DNA of 64,000 bases from an uncultured delta proteobacterium (GCA_963808235.1 CAWEEQ010000004.1:1440001-1504000), one strand, 5' to 3'. Positions 37,556 through 48,683 are shown, counted from the first letter of the stretch. A program made the numbers and translations. The notes: a model not told the origin generated them from the sequence alone.

Positions 37556-38514
37556 GCGCACTTGGAAAGAGCGAACGCGGCGTCGCGCTGCTCGCGGTCC
37601 TGCTCGGAATCGCGCTGATGACCCTGGTCGTCGTGGATTTCGCGATGACCTCCGGTCTCGGGTTCGTGTCCGCCGCAAACCAGGCCAATGAACTCCGCGC
37701 CTACTACTTCGCCCGCTCGGGCATCAATATCGGTCTGGCCTTACTGGCCGCGGATGAGCGCGCCAAAACCAATCAGACTTCAACGACCTCCCAACCTGCG
37801 GAAACTCTGGGCGACGCGTGGGCGATGCCGTTTCCGGCCATGCCGCTCGAAGGTGGCAACGTGTCGCTGTCGATCGTGGACGAGGCTCGCAAACTCAACA
37901 TCAACCAGATGGTCGATCAAAATGGAGTTCCCAACCTGGCCGCAATCCAGCGCGTCGAGCGCCTGTTCACCTTCTTGAATGTGGATCCGGCGCTGATTCC
38001 AGGTATCGTGCAGTGGATTTCTCCGGCTAATGCTAGTGTGTCCGGCGGTATCGGCGCGGATTACTACCTCGGCCTGAAACCGCCATACCAACCGCGCGGC
38101 GGCCCGATGCCGACGATTGCGGATTTGCAGATGGTCAGAGGTTTCAACGAGGCGATCTTCAACCGGGTGATCCCGTTCCTGACCGTGATGCCGGAAAACC
38201 AGGTGAACGCCAACACTGCCTCGCCGCAAGTGATAGCATCGCTCGAGCCGGAATTGACGGAGGATCAGCAACTGGTCGAGGAAATCATCATGGCGCGTCA
38301 GGTGCGGCCATTTGCCGCCGTGACCAACGTCGTTAACGACATTCCTGGCGTCGCCGCGTTTGGAACCCGCCTCACCCAGACTTTAACTGTACGCAGCGCA
38401 TACTTTACGATAAGCGGCATGGGCACCTACGCCGGCGCGCGCAAAAGCGTGACCGCGACTTTTCATCGCGAGACCACCGGCGTCGGCACCCTGGGCAATT
38501 GGCATGAAGACTAG
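37549..38514 (+). CDS. gspK: Minor pseudopilin K
   Basis: ERGVALLAVL, DEARKLNIN, VNANTAS and RSAYF motifs; GTG start overlapping gspJ. Confidence 0.9.
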   Translation: MVSALGKSERGVALLAVLLGIALMTLVVVDFAMTSGLGFVSAANQANELRAYYFARSGINIGLALLAADERAKTNQTSTTSQPAETLGDAWAMPFPAMPLEGGNVSLSIVDEARKLNINQMVDQNGVPNLAAIQRVERLFTFLNVDPALIPGIVQWISPANASVSGGIGADYYLGLKPPYQPRGGPMPTIADLQMVRGFNEAIFNRVIPFLTVMPENQVNANTASPQVIASLEPELTEDQQLVEEIIMARQVRPFAAVTNVVNDIPGVAAFGTRLTQTLTVRSAYFTISGMGTYAGARKSVTATFHRETTGVGTLGNWHED

Positions 38515-38529
38515 GAATCAGGGCGCCTG

Positions 38530-40011
38530 ATGGCTCAACGAATCCTCGCGCTCGAGATCTCCGGCGACCGGGTACGCGCCGCGTCCGCCGATCGCTCGTG
38601 GAATTCGTTCCATCTCGCCGGCGTCTACGAGAAGTTCCGCGCCAACGACGAGACCGACCTGAGCGGTGCGCTCTCCCGCCTGGTCGTCGAGGTTGGCGAA
38701 CCCGATATCGTGATCTCCGCGCTGCCGTCGGAGCGGGTCGTCAAGCGCCTGCTCGAACTGCCGTTCAAGGATGCGCGCCGGCTGCATCAGGTGGTCCCGT
38801 TCGCGCTCGAAGAGCACTTGCCCTTCCCCGTAGATAACGGCGCGGTCGCGTTTTCGCGCTTCGGGCAGGAAAACGGCCATAGCCTGGTGATGGCGGCGAT
38901 GGTCCGCAAGGCCGACTTGCAGGGTCATCTCGATCTGCTCGCCAAGGCGGGACTCGATCCCAAGATCGTCACGCTTGCGCCGCTGGCACTGGCCGCGATG
39001 TTCACTCGATCGCGCAACGGCGCCAAGCCGATGGCGCATCTAGTGGTCGAAGGCGACGAGTCTTCCACTTCGGTGGTGCTGGTCGATTTGACGGGAACTC
39101 CGCGCGCAATCCGCTCGATGCGCGGCGGGCTCATGATGTCCGACGGATCGGCGGTCTCGGCGGACGCAGCCGGCCCGATACTCAACTCGGTGCGCCAGAC
39201 CCTGCTCGCCCAGGGCGGCGAGACCGATGATACCGAAGTGATCGTGGCGGGCCCCGCCGCGGCGTTTGCCAACGTGCGCGGGCTGGTCTCGGATTCGCTC
39301 GCGATGGCGGTGCGGGACGGCGGCACTTTCGATTACTCCGGGTTTTTCGAGGGCACCGTCGCGACCACCGGCAAGTTCGCGTCATGCCTGGCGATGCTGC
39401 TTGGCGAGTTGCCGTCCAAGCCGCTCAACCTGATCAACTTTCGCCAGGGCGAGTTCCTTTTTCGCGGCCGTGTGCGCGGCGACCTGAGTCCGTTTTATCT
39501 TTCCGGCATTCTCGGCGCAGCTTTGTTCGCAGTCATCGCGCTGCACTTCATCCTTGGGGTATCTGCCAATCTCCGCCGGCTGCATCAGGTCGATGCCGAA
39601 ATCGCCGCGGCTGCCGGGCCCGTTCTCGGCGAGACCGATCCTGCCGATGCGCGAAAGCAGTTGAAAAGCGGAATCGCGAAAATGAACGAACGGCTCAAGT
39701 TGATCGGCGGCAACCTGACTCATCACCCGCCGCTCGACACGCTGGTCGCGGTATCGCGCGCGCTACGCAAGGATTTTCCAGTCGAGATGGCCGACGTACA
39801 GATCGATGCGAACGCGCTTCGCATGACCGGCCAGGCGGATTCGTTTGCCACAGTTGATCAAGCCAAGCGAGCGCTCGACAACAGCGGATATTTCGGCGCG
39901 ATCCAGGTTACTCACGCCAAGGCGGGATCCGATCCGAACAAAGTGGATTTCCGCATCGATGCGACGTTCAAGGACGCGGTCCCTACCGCCGCCTCCGACC
40001 ATGAGTTTTGA
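38530..40011 (+). CDS. gspL: Type II secretion protein L
   Basis: Actin-like cytoplasmic domain (LPF...VPFALEEHLPF), INFRQGEF, single TM, PilN-like C-terminus. Confidence 0.85.
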   Translation: MAQRILALEISGDRVRAASADRSWNSFHLAGVYEKFRANDETDLSGALSRLVVEVGEPDIVISALPSERVVKRLLELPFKDARRLHQVVPFALEEHLPFPVDNGAVAFSRFGQENGHSLVMAAMVRKADLQGHLDLLAKAGLDPKIVTLAPLALAAMFTRSRNGAKPMAHLVVEGDESSTSVVLVDLTGTPRAIRSMRGGLMMSDGSAVSADAAGPILNSVRQTLLAQGGETDDTEVIVAGPAAAFANVRGLVSDSLAMAVRDGGTFDYSGFFEGTVATTGKFASCLAMLLGELPSKPLNLINFRQGEFLFRGRVRGDLSPFYLSGILGAALFAVIALHFILGVSANLRRLHQVDAEIAAAAGPVLGETDPADARKQLKSGIAKMNERLKLIGGNLTHHPPLDTLVAVSRALRKDFPVEMADVQIDANALRMTGQADSFATVDQAKRALDNSGYFGAIQVTHAKAGSDPNKVDFRIDATFKDAVPTAASDHEF

Positions 40012-40028
40012 GGAAGACGGAATCTTAG

Positions 40029-40673
40029 ATGCTGGGAGATAGATTCGATAACCTGCGCGAGTCGCTGAAGGATCGCTTGGCGCCGTACGCCAGGCAGGTT
40101 CGTGAACGCCTCGATCCGCTTATTGGGCAGGCCCGCGGCCGCTATCAAAAGCTTGAGCCGCGTGAGCGCCTGCTGGTGCGCATCGCAGCCGGCATCTTCG
40201 GCCTGTTCCTGCTCTACAATCTCATCTACGTTCCGATCGTCGATCTAAGCTCCGGGCTCGAGGATAAAATCGTCCAGCGCCAGCGCGATCTCGCAGAAGT
40301 CAAAAGGCTCACGGTAACTTACGCTCAGCTCAAAGCCGACCTCGCCTCCGCCGAGCATCATACGGTTCCGCAGGGCAGAGACTTCTCGCTCTTTTCGGTC
40401 GTCGAAGCGTCGCTCTCCAAGAGCGTCGGCCGCGAAAAGATCGGTTCGATCACGCCCGGCTCGGATCGCAAGCTCACCGACGGATTCACCGAGTACAGCG
40501 TCCAGTTGAAGCTCGCCAACGTGAATCTCGCGCAGTTGGTAGATGCGCTATACGGAATCAACTCGCTACCGATGCCGATCGGCGTCGCCAATATCCGCAT
40601 CCAGCGCCGCACCCAGGACACTCATTCTTACGATGTCGACCTCACCTGCGTGGCGCTCGCGCGGAATGCCTGA
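40029..40673 (+). CDS. gspM: Type II secretion protein M
   Basis: LEPRER, TM, coiled coil, operon position. Confidence 0.85.
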   Translation: MLGDRFDNLRESLKDRLAPYARQVRERLDPLIGQARGRYQKLEPRERLLVRIAAGIFGLFLLYNLIYVPIVDLSSGLEDKIVQRQRDLAEVKRLTVTYAQLKADLASAEHHTVPQGRDFSLFSVVEASLSKSVGREKIGSITPGSDRKLTDGFTEYSVQLKLANVNLAQLVDALYGINSLPMPIGVANIRIQRRTQDTHSYDVDLTCVALARNA

Positions 40674-41523
40674 GGTGCCCGCGCCCACGTCCGCATCATT
40701 CTGGCGAAACCATCTCGTTCAGATAAGCTACGCGGCCTTCGGCCTGGTCCTGTTCGTCGGCTTCCTGTTCGCGACCTTCCCCTACAGCGCGACCCTTTCC
40801 AAAGTGCTGGCGCCGATGGGTTTCGAGTTCTCGAGCGTATCGCAAACTCTGCGCTTCCCCTTCGGCGCCGAACTGACCGGCGTCCGCGTAAACTCGATGA
40901 CGTCGGCGAATCCAAACCTCCAATGCCCCGTCATCACGATCGCACCGTCCCTCCTCTCCCTACTGATCTTCCATCCGGGCGTGCGCGTGAATGCAAGTAT
41001 CTACGATGGCCAGGCAGTCGTAACGCTCCGCCCGAGCAGCGGCGGCACCGCGATCAGCTACAACCTCGAGGCGCTCAACATTGCCAGGCAACAACTACTA
41101 TCGTTAGGAAGTGCGGCCGCGTCAGGAACAGTTTCCGGCTACGGCAAATTGTGGCTCTCGCCAGCAGACCTCGACGCAGATACCGGCGATGGAGTACTGA
41201 GCGGCACGGGGCTGACGATCAGCTCGCCTCTCACCAGCGGGCCGATTCGCCTCGGCATCGCGGATGCGAAGTTCAAGCTGGATCGCGGAACTCTGACGAT
41301 CGACGGACTAAAGACCCGCGGCGGCGATTTGACGTTGACAGCGAGCGGAACGATTCATCTTGCTGGGGATCCGTCGCAAAGCGCGCTCGCGATTGCGTTC
41401 AACCTCGTGGCGGAGCCGGCCGCCATATCTCGATTCGGCGTGCTGTTCGCATTACTGCCGCATCCCCCAAGTGCGGAGCCTTATCGGCTGAGCGGGACGC
41501 TCTCGGCTCCGCAAATACTCTAA
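40666..41523 (+). CDS. gspN: Type II secretion protein N
   Basis: TM ending FLFATFPY, beta-rich body, C-terminal LSGTLSAP. Confidence 0.8.
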   Translation: MPEVPAPTSASFWRNHLVQISYAAFGLVLFVGFLFATFPYSATLSKVLAPMGFEFSSVSQTLRFPFGAELTGVRVNSMTSANPNLQCPVITIAPSLLSLLIFHPGVRVNASIYDGQAVVTLRPSSGGTAISYNLEALNIARQQLLSLGSAAASGTVSGYGKLWLSPADLDADTGDGVLSGTGLTISSPLTSGPIRLGIADAKFKLDRGTLTIDGLKTRGGDLTLTASGTIHLAGDPSQSALAIAFNLVAEPAAISRFGVLFALLPHPPSAEPYRLSGTLSAPQIL

Positions 41524-42282
41524 GCCGGCGCCGATTTGAAGAAACGCAGCACCGCTTCCCTGTATAGCGGGTCCGCAGGAGCGCCAAGATGATCTCGCCC
41601 CTCGAGCATCACCAGCTGACTACCGGGAATTGAATCGCGCAACAGTTTGGGATCGCCGACCAGCGTGTCCTTCGTTCCAATAACGATCATAGTCGGTACG
41701 CGAATTGGCTTCGCGGTCAAATCCTCGGCGGTCAGGTCGCCGCGATTTGCGCCCATGCACGCCGCCAATGCTTTCAGATCGTTGCCGGTGATTTCGGCAA
41801 ACCGGCGGAACTGCTTTGCGCGTTCGTCGCTGACGGCGGAAATCATTTTCTGCGAGCAGCGCGTTGACGATCGGTTGCCGGCTGAAAGATGGACGTCTGG
41901 CCGACACTGCGCCGATTCCGCCGAGCACGACCGCGCGCAGCCGCTCCGGATGCGACCGCAACAGCCCGAGCGCGATCCGTCCGCCCATCGAATAGCCCAT
42001 CAATAATGTGCGCCGGATGCCAAGATGGTCCATCAGCCGGATGACATCGTCGCCCATCGTTTCGCCTGCGTATGCCTCCGGCTCGTGCGGCTTGGCGCTC
42101 TTGCCATGGCCGCGGCAATCGAGCGCGACGACCCGGTAGTGCGCGCCCAGATGATCGAACCAATCCGCGCCCCAGTTGTGCTCGGCGCGCGACGCGAAGC
42201 CGTGTACCAACACCACCGGCTCGCCTTTGCCGTGTTCCTCGTAATAGATCTGCACGCCCTTGGAATCGAAGTATGCCATCAC
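41520..42282 (-). pseudogene. Alpha/beta hydrolase split by a single-base frameshift near 41846
   Basis: N-terminal part (VHGF, GHGKS, GYSMGG) and C-terminal part (GTKD, GRDH) are in different frames. Confidence 0.85.
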
Positions 42283-42361
42283 CTACTCCTCATTCGCCTT
42301 GCGGACCATTACCGAATAGCTACACAATCGTTCAACGTCAAACTTGGAATTGGAATCTCGC

Positions 42362-43348
42362 ATGTCACAAGAGAAAAAACTCGGACTGCAGACTTCGCTC
42401 GCGCGGCTTGCGCAAATGGGCGAGATCGAAGAACTCGGCTACACGTCTCTGTGGATCGCCGAAGTCTCGGGGCCCGACGCGTTCGTAAGTCTCACCGCGC
42501 TAGCGCTGAACACGAAAAAGGCGGAACTCTCGACCGGCGTCATCCCGATTCAGATTCGCACGCCGGGTGCGATGGCGATGGGATTCCTCACTATCAACGA
42601 GCTGTCCGGCGGACGCGCGATTGCGGGACTCGGCGTGTCGAGTCCGGTGATCGTCGAGCGTTGGCATGGCGCGTCGTATCGGAAGCCGGTCACCGCGATG
42701 CGCGAGTGTGTGACGATCATGCGCCAGCTATTCAGCGATGGGCGCTCGAAGTTCGAAGGTGAAGTGTACAAGTCGGATTTTCGTCTCGGGATGCGGATAA
42801 CCGCGCCGCGTCCGCCGAAGATTTATCTTGCAGGTCTGAACGCGCCGATGCTCCGCCTGGCCGGTGAGATCGCCGACGGAGTTCTGATGAACTACTCGCC
42901 GCCGGACGCGATCGCGCCGATGGTTCAGCATATTCACGAAGGCGCAAAAGCCGCCGGGCGCGACCCGTCGTCAGTAGATGTGGGTATCTACATCCGCATG
43001 TGCATCACCGATGAAGAGGACAAGGCGGTCGATTCATTCCGGCGCGAGCTGGCCGGCTACGCGTTCGTCGACAGCTACAACAAGATGTTCGCGCGCTACG
43101 GACTTGCGGCCGAGTTCGACGAGGTGCGGCGGCTGTGGAAAACCGGCAAGCGCGACGACGCTGCGAAGGCGATCAGCGAGGCCTCGTGCCGCAAGATTGC
43201 GGTCTTCGGCAAAGCGGCGGCAGGCCGCGATTTCGTCGCGCGATTTCGCGCCGCCGGCGTCACCCATCCGGTGGTATTCCCCATCGGACCAGCCGCGACT
43301 TCAGCGCGCGACTATTCAAACACGATGCGCGCGTTGTCCGGCGCCTAA
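42362..43348 (+). CDS. LLM-class flavin/F420-dependent oxidoreductase
   Basis: SLWIAE, ELSGGRAIAGLG and MLRLAGEIADG motifs. Confidence 0.9.
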   Translation: MSQEKKLGLQTSLARLAQMGEIEELGYTSLWIAEVSGPDAFVSLTALALNTKKAELSTGVIPIQIRTPGAMAMGFLTINELSGGRAIAGLGVSSPVIVERWHGASYRKPVTAMRECVTIMRQLFSDGRSKFEGEVYKSDFRLGMRITAPRPPKIYLAGLNAPMLRLAGEIADGVLMNYSPPDAIAPMVQHIHEGAKAAGRDPSSVDVGIYIRMCITDEEDKAVDSFRRELAGYAFVDSYNKMFARYGLAAEFDEVRRLWKTGKRDDAAKAISEASCRKIAVFGKAAAGRDFVARFRAAGVTHPVVFPIGPAATSARDYSNTMRALSGA

Positions 43349-43374
43349 AGAACTTTCCGATGCTCGGAGGAAGG

Positions 43375-44260
43375 TCAAGCCATCAAGCCGGCCGCACGCC
43401 ACTTCGGCGCGACTTTCTTATCGACGACATCGACTTCGGTCAGAAATTCGACAAGTTCCGCTGACATTTCGCGTCTGATCCGTGCCCGATGGGGATTGCT
43501 CTTCGCCATCGCAAGCGCCTCCGGAGGCAACCCGAGGTTCTTGTAAATGTCTGGATGTACCAATTGCCAGATGATGATCCTGGTCGCGAGCAGCCCATAG
43601 CGCCGCGCCATCGAGCGGGAGATTTCGCCGACATGGGGCCAGTTCTGCCTGAGATATTCATGCGCGTAACCGCGATGCCGCGCTTCCTCGAGGATGTGAA
43701 TCTTCGACAACTCGCGCATCACGGGATGACACTCCGGATCCTGCGCGGTGCGGTTGTTCAGGTACCCGGTGACATCTTCAGCAGCGAGCGTGCTGAGCAT
43801 CATCGCAACTCTCGAGGTCATGTACTTGCTGAAGAAGGTAATCAGACCCGAGAAGCGCGGCTCGTACCAGGGAACCTTGCAGCGCTTGATCGCCTCGCCG
43901 AACATCATCGAATGACGGCACTCGTCGGCCACTTCGATCTGCATCCAATAGAAATGCGGGTCGAGGGGGCTGACGCCGAATCAGGTAATCCATGAGCTTG
44001 AAGCAGAGCTGATTCTCAAACCATATCGTGGTCGCCAACGCACTGCATGCCTCGTGCATCGAAAGCTTTACCCTCTGCTCCCGCGTCATCTGGTCCCACA
44101 GCGGCGTCCCGTACAACGAGACCATGTCTTGCGGCATATAGAAATGTGAGTCGTCGAAGGGAACGCTCCAATCGATTTCTTTGTAAGGATCGAAGGACTT
44201 CCGATGCGACGCATCGATAAGGTGCTGCAGATACTGACCACTGATCTCTTCGCGAGTCAT
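43375..44260 (-). pseudogene. AurF-like diiron oxygenase with a single-base frameshift near 43980
   Basis: IDW..P, LYGTPLW, IWFEN then frame change to DECRH and EEARH; removing one base joins LMDYLI to GVSPLDPHFYWMQ. Confidence 0.85.
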
Positions 44261-44529
44261 GGCGCTCAACTTTTCGAAACGCTCGATTGCGTTACGAAAA
44301 GCTCTCCGAGGAGGCCTTCAGCAGAATGAGACAATCTTGGTCTAGCGAAGCCGTGGCTAAAGGCTAATAGAAGAGCCACGCTCGGGCTGGATCAAATTCG
44401 GAGTCGATAGGTTATCGAACCCAACACAATGACTATACCCACGATGCGAACGGAGATCACCCAATTGAGCGAAATCTGCGACGCTTTGGTTATATGAGTG
44501 ACGCATACTTGAGTAGACGACCAATCGGC

Positions 44530-45336
44530 TCAGTGGCCGGTGTAGTTGGGCTTGCGCTTTTCCATGAATGAGCGCGGGCCCTCCTTGGCGTCGTCGGACT
44601 TCATGACTTCACGCGCGAGTTCATTTTCGATCTTGAAGGCTTCTTCATACGGCCGCCCGGAGCATCGGCGAACCGCCTCTTTGATTTTCCGCACCGCGAG
44701 CGGACCGTTCTGCGCGATCGTCGCCGCCAGTTCTTCGGCCTTTGCAATCAGATCCGCCTGCGGCACTACATAGTTGACAAGTCCGAGCCGCCAGGCTTCG
44801 TTCGCGTCGATTCGGTTGCCGGTCAGCAGGATTTCCATCGCCTTGCAGTACGGGATTTGTCTTTGCAATCGCGCGAGCGATCCGGCGGCGGGAATTATCG
44901 CCCACTTCACTTCCTGGAGTCCGAAGCTCGCGTTCTCAGAGGCGACTCGCAAGTCCGTTGCCTGGATGAATTCCATTCCGCCGGCGATGCAAAATCCGTT
45001 GACCGCCGAGATTACCGGCTTGTCCATGTTGTAGTTGCGCAGCAGTGCGATGTCGCCGGCCTTGCGATCGGCGAGCAGCTTGCGATCCCATTCGTCCTCG
45101 GGCTTCCGCGCGCCGGTGAAGAGCGGAATCAATCGTCCGAGGTCGGCGCCCGCCGAGAATGCGACCTTGCCCGCGCCGGTAACGATCGTGGCGCGGACAC
45201 TGTCATCTTTGTCGATCTCCTTCCACGCTGCCGCCAGCGTGACGAGCATTTCGGGATTGAGCGAGTTGTGAACCTCGGGCCGGTTCAGCGTAAGCCATGC
45301 GATGTGGTTTCGTTTTTCGAAGATCAACGCGGGCAT
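44530..45336 (-). CDS. Enoyl-CoA hydratase
   Basis: NRPEVHNSL, FSAGADL, AVNGFCIAGGME and FGLQEV motifs. Confidence 0.94.
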   Translation of the reverse strand: MPALIFEKRNHIAWLTLNRPEVHNSLNPEMLVTLAAAWKEIDKDDSVRATIVTGAGKVAFSAGADLGRLIPLFTGARKPEDEWDRKLLADRKAGDIALLRNYNMDKPVISAVNGFCIAGGMEFIQATDLRVASENASFGLQEVKWAIIPAAGSLARLQRQIPYCKAMEILLTGNRIDANEAWRLGLVNYVVPQADLIAKAEELAATIAQNGPLAVRKIKEAVRRCSGRPYEEAFKIENELAREVMKSDDAKEGPRSFMEKRKPNYTGH

Positions 45337-45457
45337 TATGCACTCCTTTGAGTTCGATATGTTTTTGGAAACGACTTCAATCGCGTGTTATATACAACAA
45401 TCTTGAGGCATCTTGCCGCCTGACACATTCACGCATCCGATCAATCTGGAGGCTACG

Positions 45458-46198
45458 ATGATAGAAAAAGAAATCGAGATTCGCACCGCCGATGGAACCG
45501 CAGACGGTATCCTCTTTCAAGCCGACGACGGACGCCGCTGCCCAGGCGTCATCCATTTGACCGACATCGCGGGCATTCGCCCGTCGCATCGCGCGATGGC
45601 GCAGCGGCTGGCCGAGAAAGGGTACACCGTTCTGCTGCCCAACATATTTTATCGGACCGGGCGGACGCCGATCTTCGACTTCGTGCCGAAGTTTGGCGAG
45701 GAGCGAACCATGAAACGGTTTGGCGAGCTACGGGCTCCGCTGACACCGGAAGCGACCGAGCGTGACGCTGCGAGCTATGTGGATTTCCTGGCGGCGAATA
45801 GTTCCGTGAGCGCGGGTGCGATGGGCGTCGTCGGCTACTGCTTCACCGGCGCCATGGCGATGCGCACCGCCGCGGTAAGGCCCGCGAAGATCGCAGCCGC
45901 GGCTTCATTCCACGGCGGCGGACTCTTCACCGATGGACCGACCAGCCCGCATCACGTGTTGCCGCGGATCAAGGCGGAGCTTTATTTTGGGCATGCAACC
46001 AACGACCAAAGCATGCCGAAGGAAGCGATCGAAAAGCTCGATCGTGCGCTCGCGGCGTGGGGCGGCAAATACCAAAGCGAAGTTTACCAGGACGCGTATC
46101 ACGGATGGACGACGGCGGACGCACCGGTTTTCAACCAGCCTCAGGCCGAGCGGGCTTTCGAAAAACTGACCGCGCTGTTCGCGAGAACGCTCAAGTAG
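45458..46198 (+). CDS. Dienelactone hydrolase family protein
   Basis: GYCFTG, SFHGG and AYHGW motifs; GGAGG SD. Confidence 0.92.
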   Translation: MIEKEIEIRTADGTADGILFQADDGRRCPGVIHLTDIAGIRPSHRAMAQRLAEKGYTVLLPNIFYRTGRTPIFDFVPKFGEERTMKRFGELRAPLTPEATERDAASYVDFLAANSSVSAGAMGVVGYCFTGAMAMRTAAVRPAKIAAAASFHGGGLFTDGPTSPHHVLPRIKAELYFGHATNDQSMPKEAIEKLDRALAAWGGKYQSEVYQDAYHGWTTADAPVFNQPQAERAFEKLTALFARTLK

Positions 46199-46306
46199 GG
46201 CCGCTTATTCGTGGCGCTAGCGGGTGCATCAACGCGGCTTTACCGGCCTCTTCGCGGGCCGCTATGATCTAGTGTTGATGGCAATCCCTGAGCCGAGGAG
46301 AAGCGC

Positions 46307-46792
46307 ATGAAATACCTGCTTTTTTCGATCATTGCGTTCTTGTGTCTTGCCACGGTCACGCCAGCCTTCGCGATCGAAGCGCCTCGGATCGTGCCGCGCA
46401 TGGTTCAAGTGCCGAAGCCAATCGATGAAGTCTATGGACGGCTCAAAAGATATTTTTCCGACCCTATGGCGAGCCACTTTCAACTGGTCAGCGCCGACCC
46501 GAGGACTCATACGCTGGTCGCGAAGCAATCTGGTTTCGATGGCGCGTCGTGGGACAACCTGGCGTTCTGCAAGGCGGGTCCGGTGCAGATGATCTACAAG
46601 CTTGCTGACGGCACGGTGACGGTGACCGTCAAGCTGGAAAAGACCACCCGGCAATCGACGTTCGCGAGCGTGTCGGCGGATTTCCAGGGCGTTTACCGGC
46701 TCGGCTCGAACGAAAACAAAGTTGATTGCTCGTCGAAATTCACCCTGGAGGACAGTATCCTCGCAGCGGCCGGAGCTTCGGGCGCCAATTGA
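46307..46792 (+). CDS. Secreted hypothetical protein
   Basis: Signal peptide ending PAFA, two Cys, AGGAG SD. Confidence 0.75.
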   Translation: MKYLLFSIIAFLCLATVTPAFAIEAPRIVPRMVQVPKPIDEVYGRLKRYFSDPMASHFQLVSADPRTHTLVAKQSGFDGASWDNLAFCKAGPVQMIYKLADGTVTVTVKLEKTTRQSTFASVSADFQGVYRLGSNENKVDCSSKFTLEDSILAAAGASGAN

Positions 46793-46805
46793 CGCATGTG
46801 ATTAG

Positions 46806-48683
46806 TTGAGGGCTGAATCGACAAAGGTCGTCGCACCTCCGGCGCCCGCTGAAATTGCGTTTCCCGAGCCGCGCCGGCTCCGTTCGCGCGATGTCTTTCG
46901 CCTCGCGGTGCGCGCGTGGCCCTTCATCCGCCCCTATCGGCGTCATCTCATCTACCTGCTGCTGTTGACCCTGCCGACTTTGCTCGGCGGACTCTTCGCC
47001 TTGAAGATGACGCGGATCTTCTTCGACGTGGTTGGTCACGGCGACGCCCTTTTGCCGTTTGAAGCGTGGATGCTTCACGTTGCGGTGCATGCGGATCGGC
47101 GGACCGTGCTGATCCACGCCTGCGTCGTGACCGGGATAGCCGCGATGATTGCGTTGCCGATTGTGCTTGCGATCTTCGGCTACGGGATTTGGATTTTACA
47201 GCGCATCAGCAACCTCTTCCGGGTCAATCTCTACACGCGCCTGCAGGAATTGAGCGTCCAGTTTCACTCGCAGGAGAAGATCGGCGACGCGATTTTCCGC
47301 ATGTTCCAGGATTCGGCGGCGATTCCGCAGGTGATCAATGGGCTGATCATTCAACCGCTGATCCTGATTCCGGCCGCACTCGGCTCGCTCGTCTATCTCG
47401 CCATGTACGACTATCGGATGGCGCTGATCGCGGTTCTGCTCATGCCTTCGAATTTTATCCTGGCATGGATTTTCGGCGGCGCGCTCAGGCGGGGCTTTGT
47501 TGGCGAGCGCGAAGCGACCGCGCTGGCGACGACCCGGATCGAAGAAACGCTCGCCTCGATTAAAGCGGTCAAAGCCTTCGGGACCGAGGCGTCGGAGGCC
47601 GCGCTCTACGCGCGCGAAAACTGGAACGCGTTCCTTGCCGCGCGGCGCGCGCGCTTGCGGCTTGCCGGATATCGCGTCGCCACCAACACTCTTCGCGGAC
47701 TCGCTTACGTGTGCGCGCTCTACATCGGCGCGATCGAGGTGCTCGCAGGCGGCACCGCGGGCATCGCGCACGCGGCGGTCTCGCTCGGTCTGTTCCAGGG
47801 ATCGCTCGCGCTGCTGGCGCGGGTGAGCGGACGCATGCGGAACATCACCGACCTCTGGGGCAGCATGCAGGACGTGGTGGTCGCGATTTCCCGCGTGCTC
47901 GAGATGCTCGGAAAAACGCCGGAGCAGAGCGTGAGCAGCGGGCATAAGATTCCGCCGGCGGCGGCGCAAGTGCTGAGCTTCGACAACGTGAGCTTCGGCT
48001 ACGATCCGAGATCGCCCGTGCTCAACGAGGTCTGCTTTGAAGCGCGCGTCGGTGAGATCACGGCGATCGCGGGCGCGAGCGGTTCGGGCAAAAGTACGAT
48101 CATCGGCCTGGTGGTGAGATTCTTCGATCCGGTGACGGGTAGTATCCGCGTCGACGGACAGGAAATTTGCGAGTTCGATCTGGCGGCATGGCGCGGCATG
48201 TTGTCGGTTGCGCTACAGGAGAATCCGCTCTTTACCGCGACGCTCGCGGACAACGTGGCGTACGGACGCCCGGACGCATCGCGCGCCGAAGTCATGCAGT
48301 GCATCGAGCGCGCAGGGCTTGGCGACTTCGTGCGAAAACTTCCTGCCGGACTGGACACGATGCTCGGCGAGAAGGGCTCGAAACTATCGACCGGGCAGGC
48401 GCAGAGAATCGGGCTGGCGCGCGCAATCTTGCGCAACTCGCCGATTCTTCTGCTCGACGAGCCGACCTCGGCGCTCGACGGCGCCACCGAAGACTCGGTG
48501 ATGCGCGGCTTACGCGACTGGGTCAACGAGGATCCGAAACGACGGATGGCAATCATCGCGACGCATCGCAGAACCACCGCCGCGCGCGCCGATCGAACCT
48601 ACCAGATTGCCGGCGGGCGCGTCGTCGCGGCGGGCGATTCCGCGTTCGGCGTGGCGCACGGGCGCGAGGTGAAAATTGCCTGA
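46806..48683 (+). CDS. ABC exporter, fused TMD-NBD (half 1)
   Basis: TM domain; GASGSGKS, LSTGQ and LLLDEPTSALD motifs. Confidence 0.92.
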   Translation: MRAESTKVVAPPAPAEIAFPEPRRLRSRDVFRLAVRAWPFIRPYRRHLIYLLLLTLPTLLGGLFALKMTRIFFDVVGHGDALLPFEAWMLHVAVHADRRTVLIHACVVTGIAAMIALPIVLAIFGYGIWILQRISNLFRVNLYTRLQELSVQFHSQEKIGDAIFRMFQDSAAIPQVINGLIIQPLILIPAALGSLVYLAMYDYRMALIAVLLMPSNFILAWIFGGALRRGFVGEREATALATTRIEETLASIKAVKAFGTEASEAALYARENWNAFLAARRARLRLAGYRVATNTLRGLAYVCALYIGAIEVLAGGTAGIAHAAVSLGLFQGSLALLARVSGRMRNITDLWGSMQDVVVAISRVLEMLGKTPEQSVSSGHKIPPAAAQVLSFDNVSFGYDPRSPVLNEVCFEARVGEITAIAGASGSGKSTIIGLVVRFFDPVTGSIRVDGQEICEFDLAAWRGMLSVALQENPLFTATLADNVAYGRPDASRAEVMQCIERAGLGDFVRKLPAGLDTMLGEKGSKLSTGQAQRIGLARAILRNSPILLLDEPTSALDGATEDSVMRGLRDWVNEDPKRRMAIIATHRRTTAARADRTYQIAGGRVVAAGDSAFGVAHGREVKIA

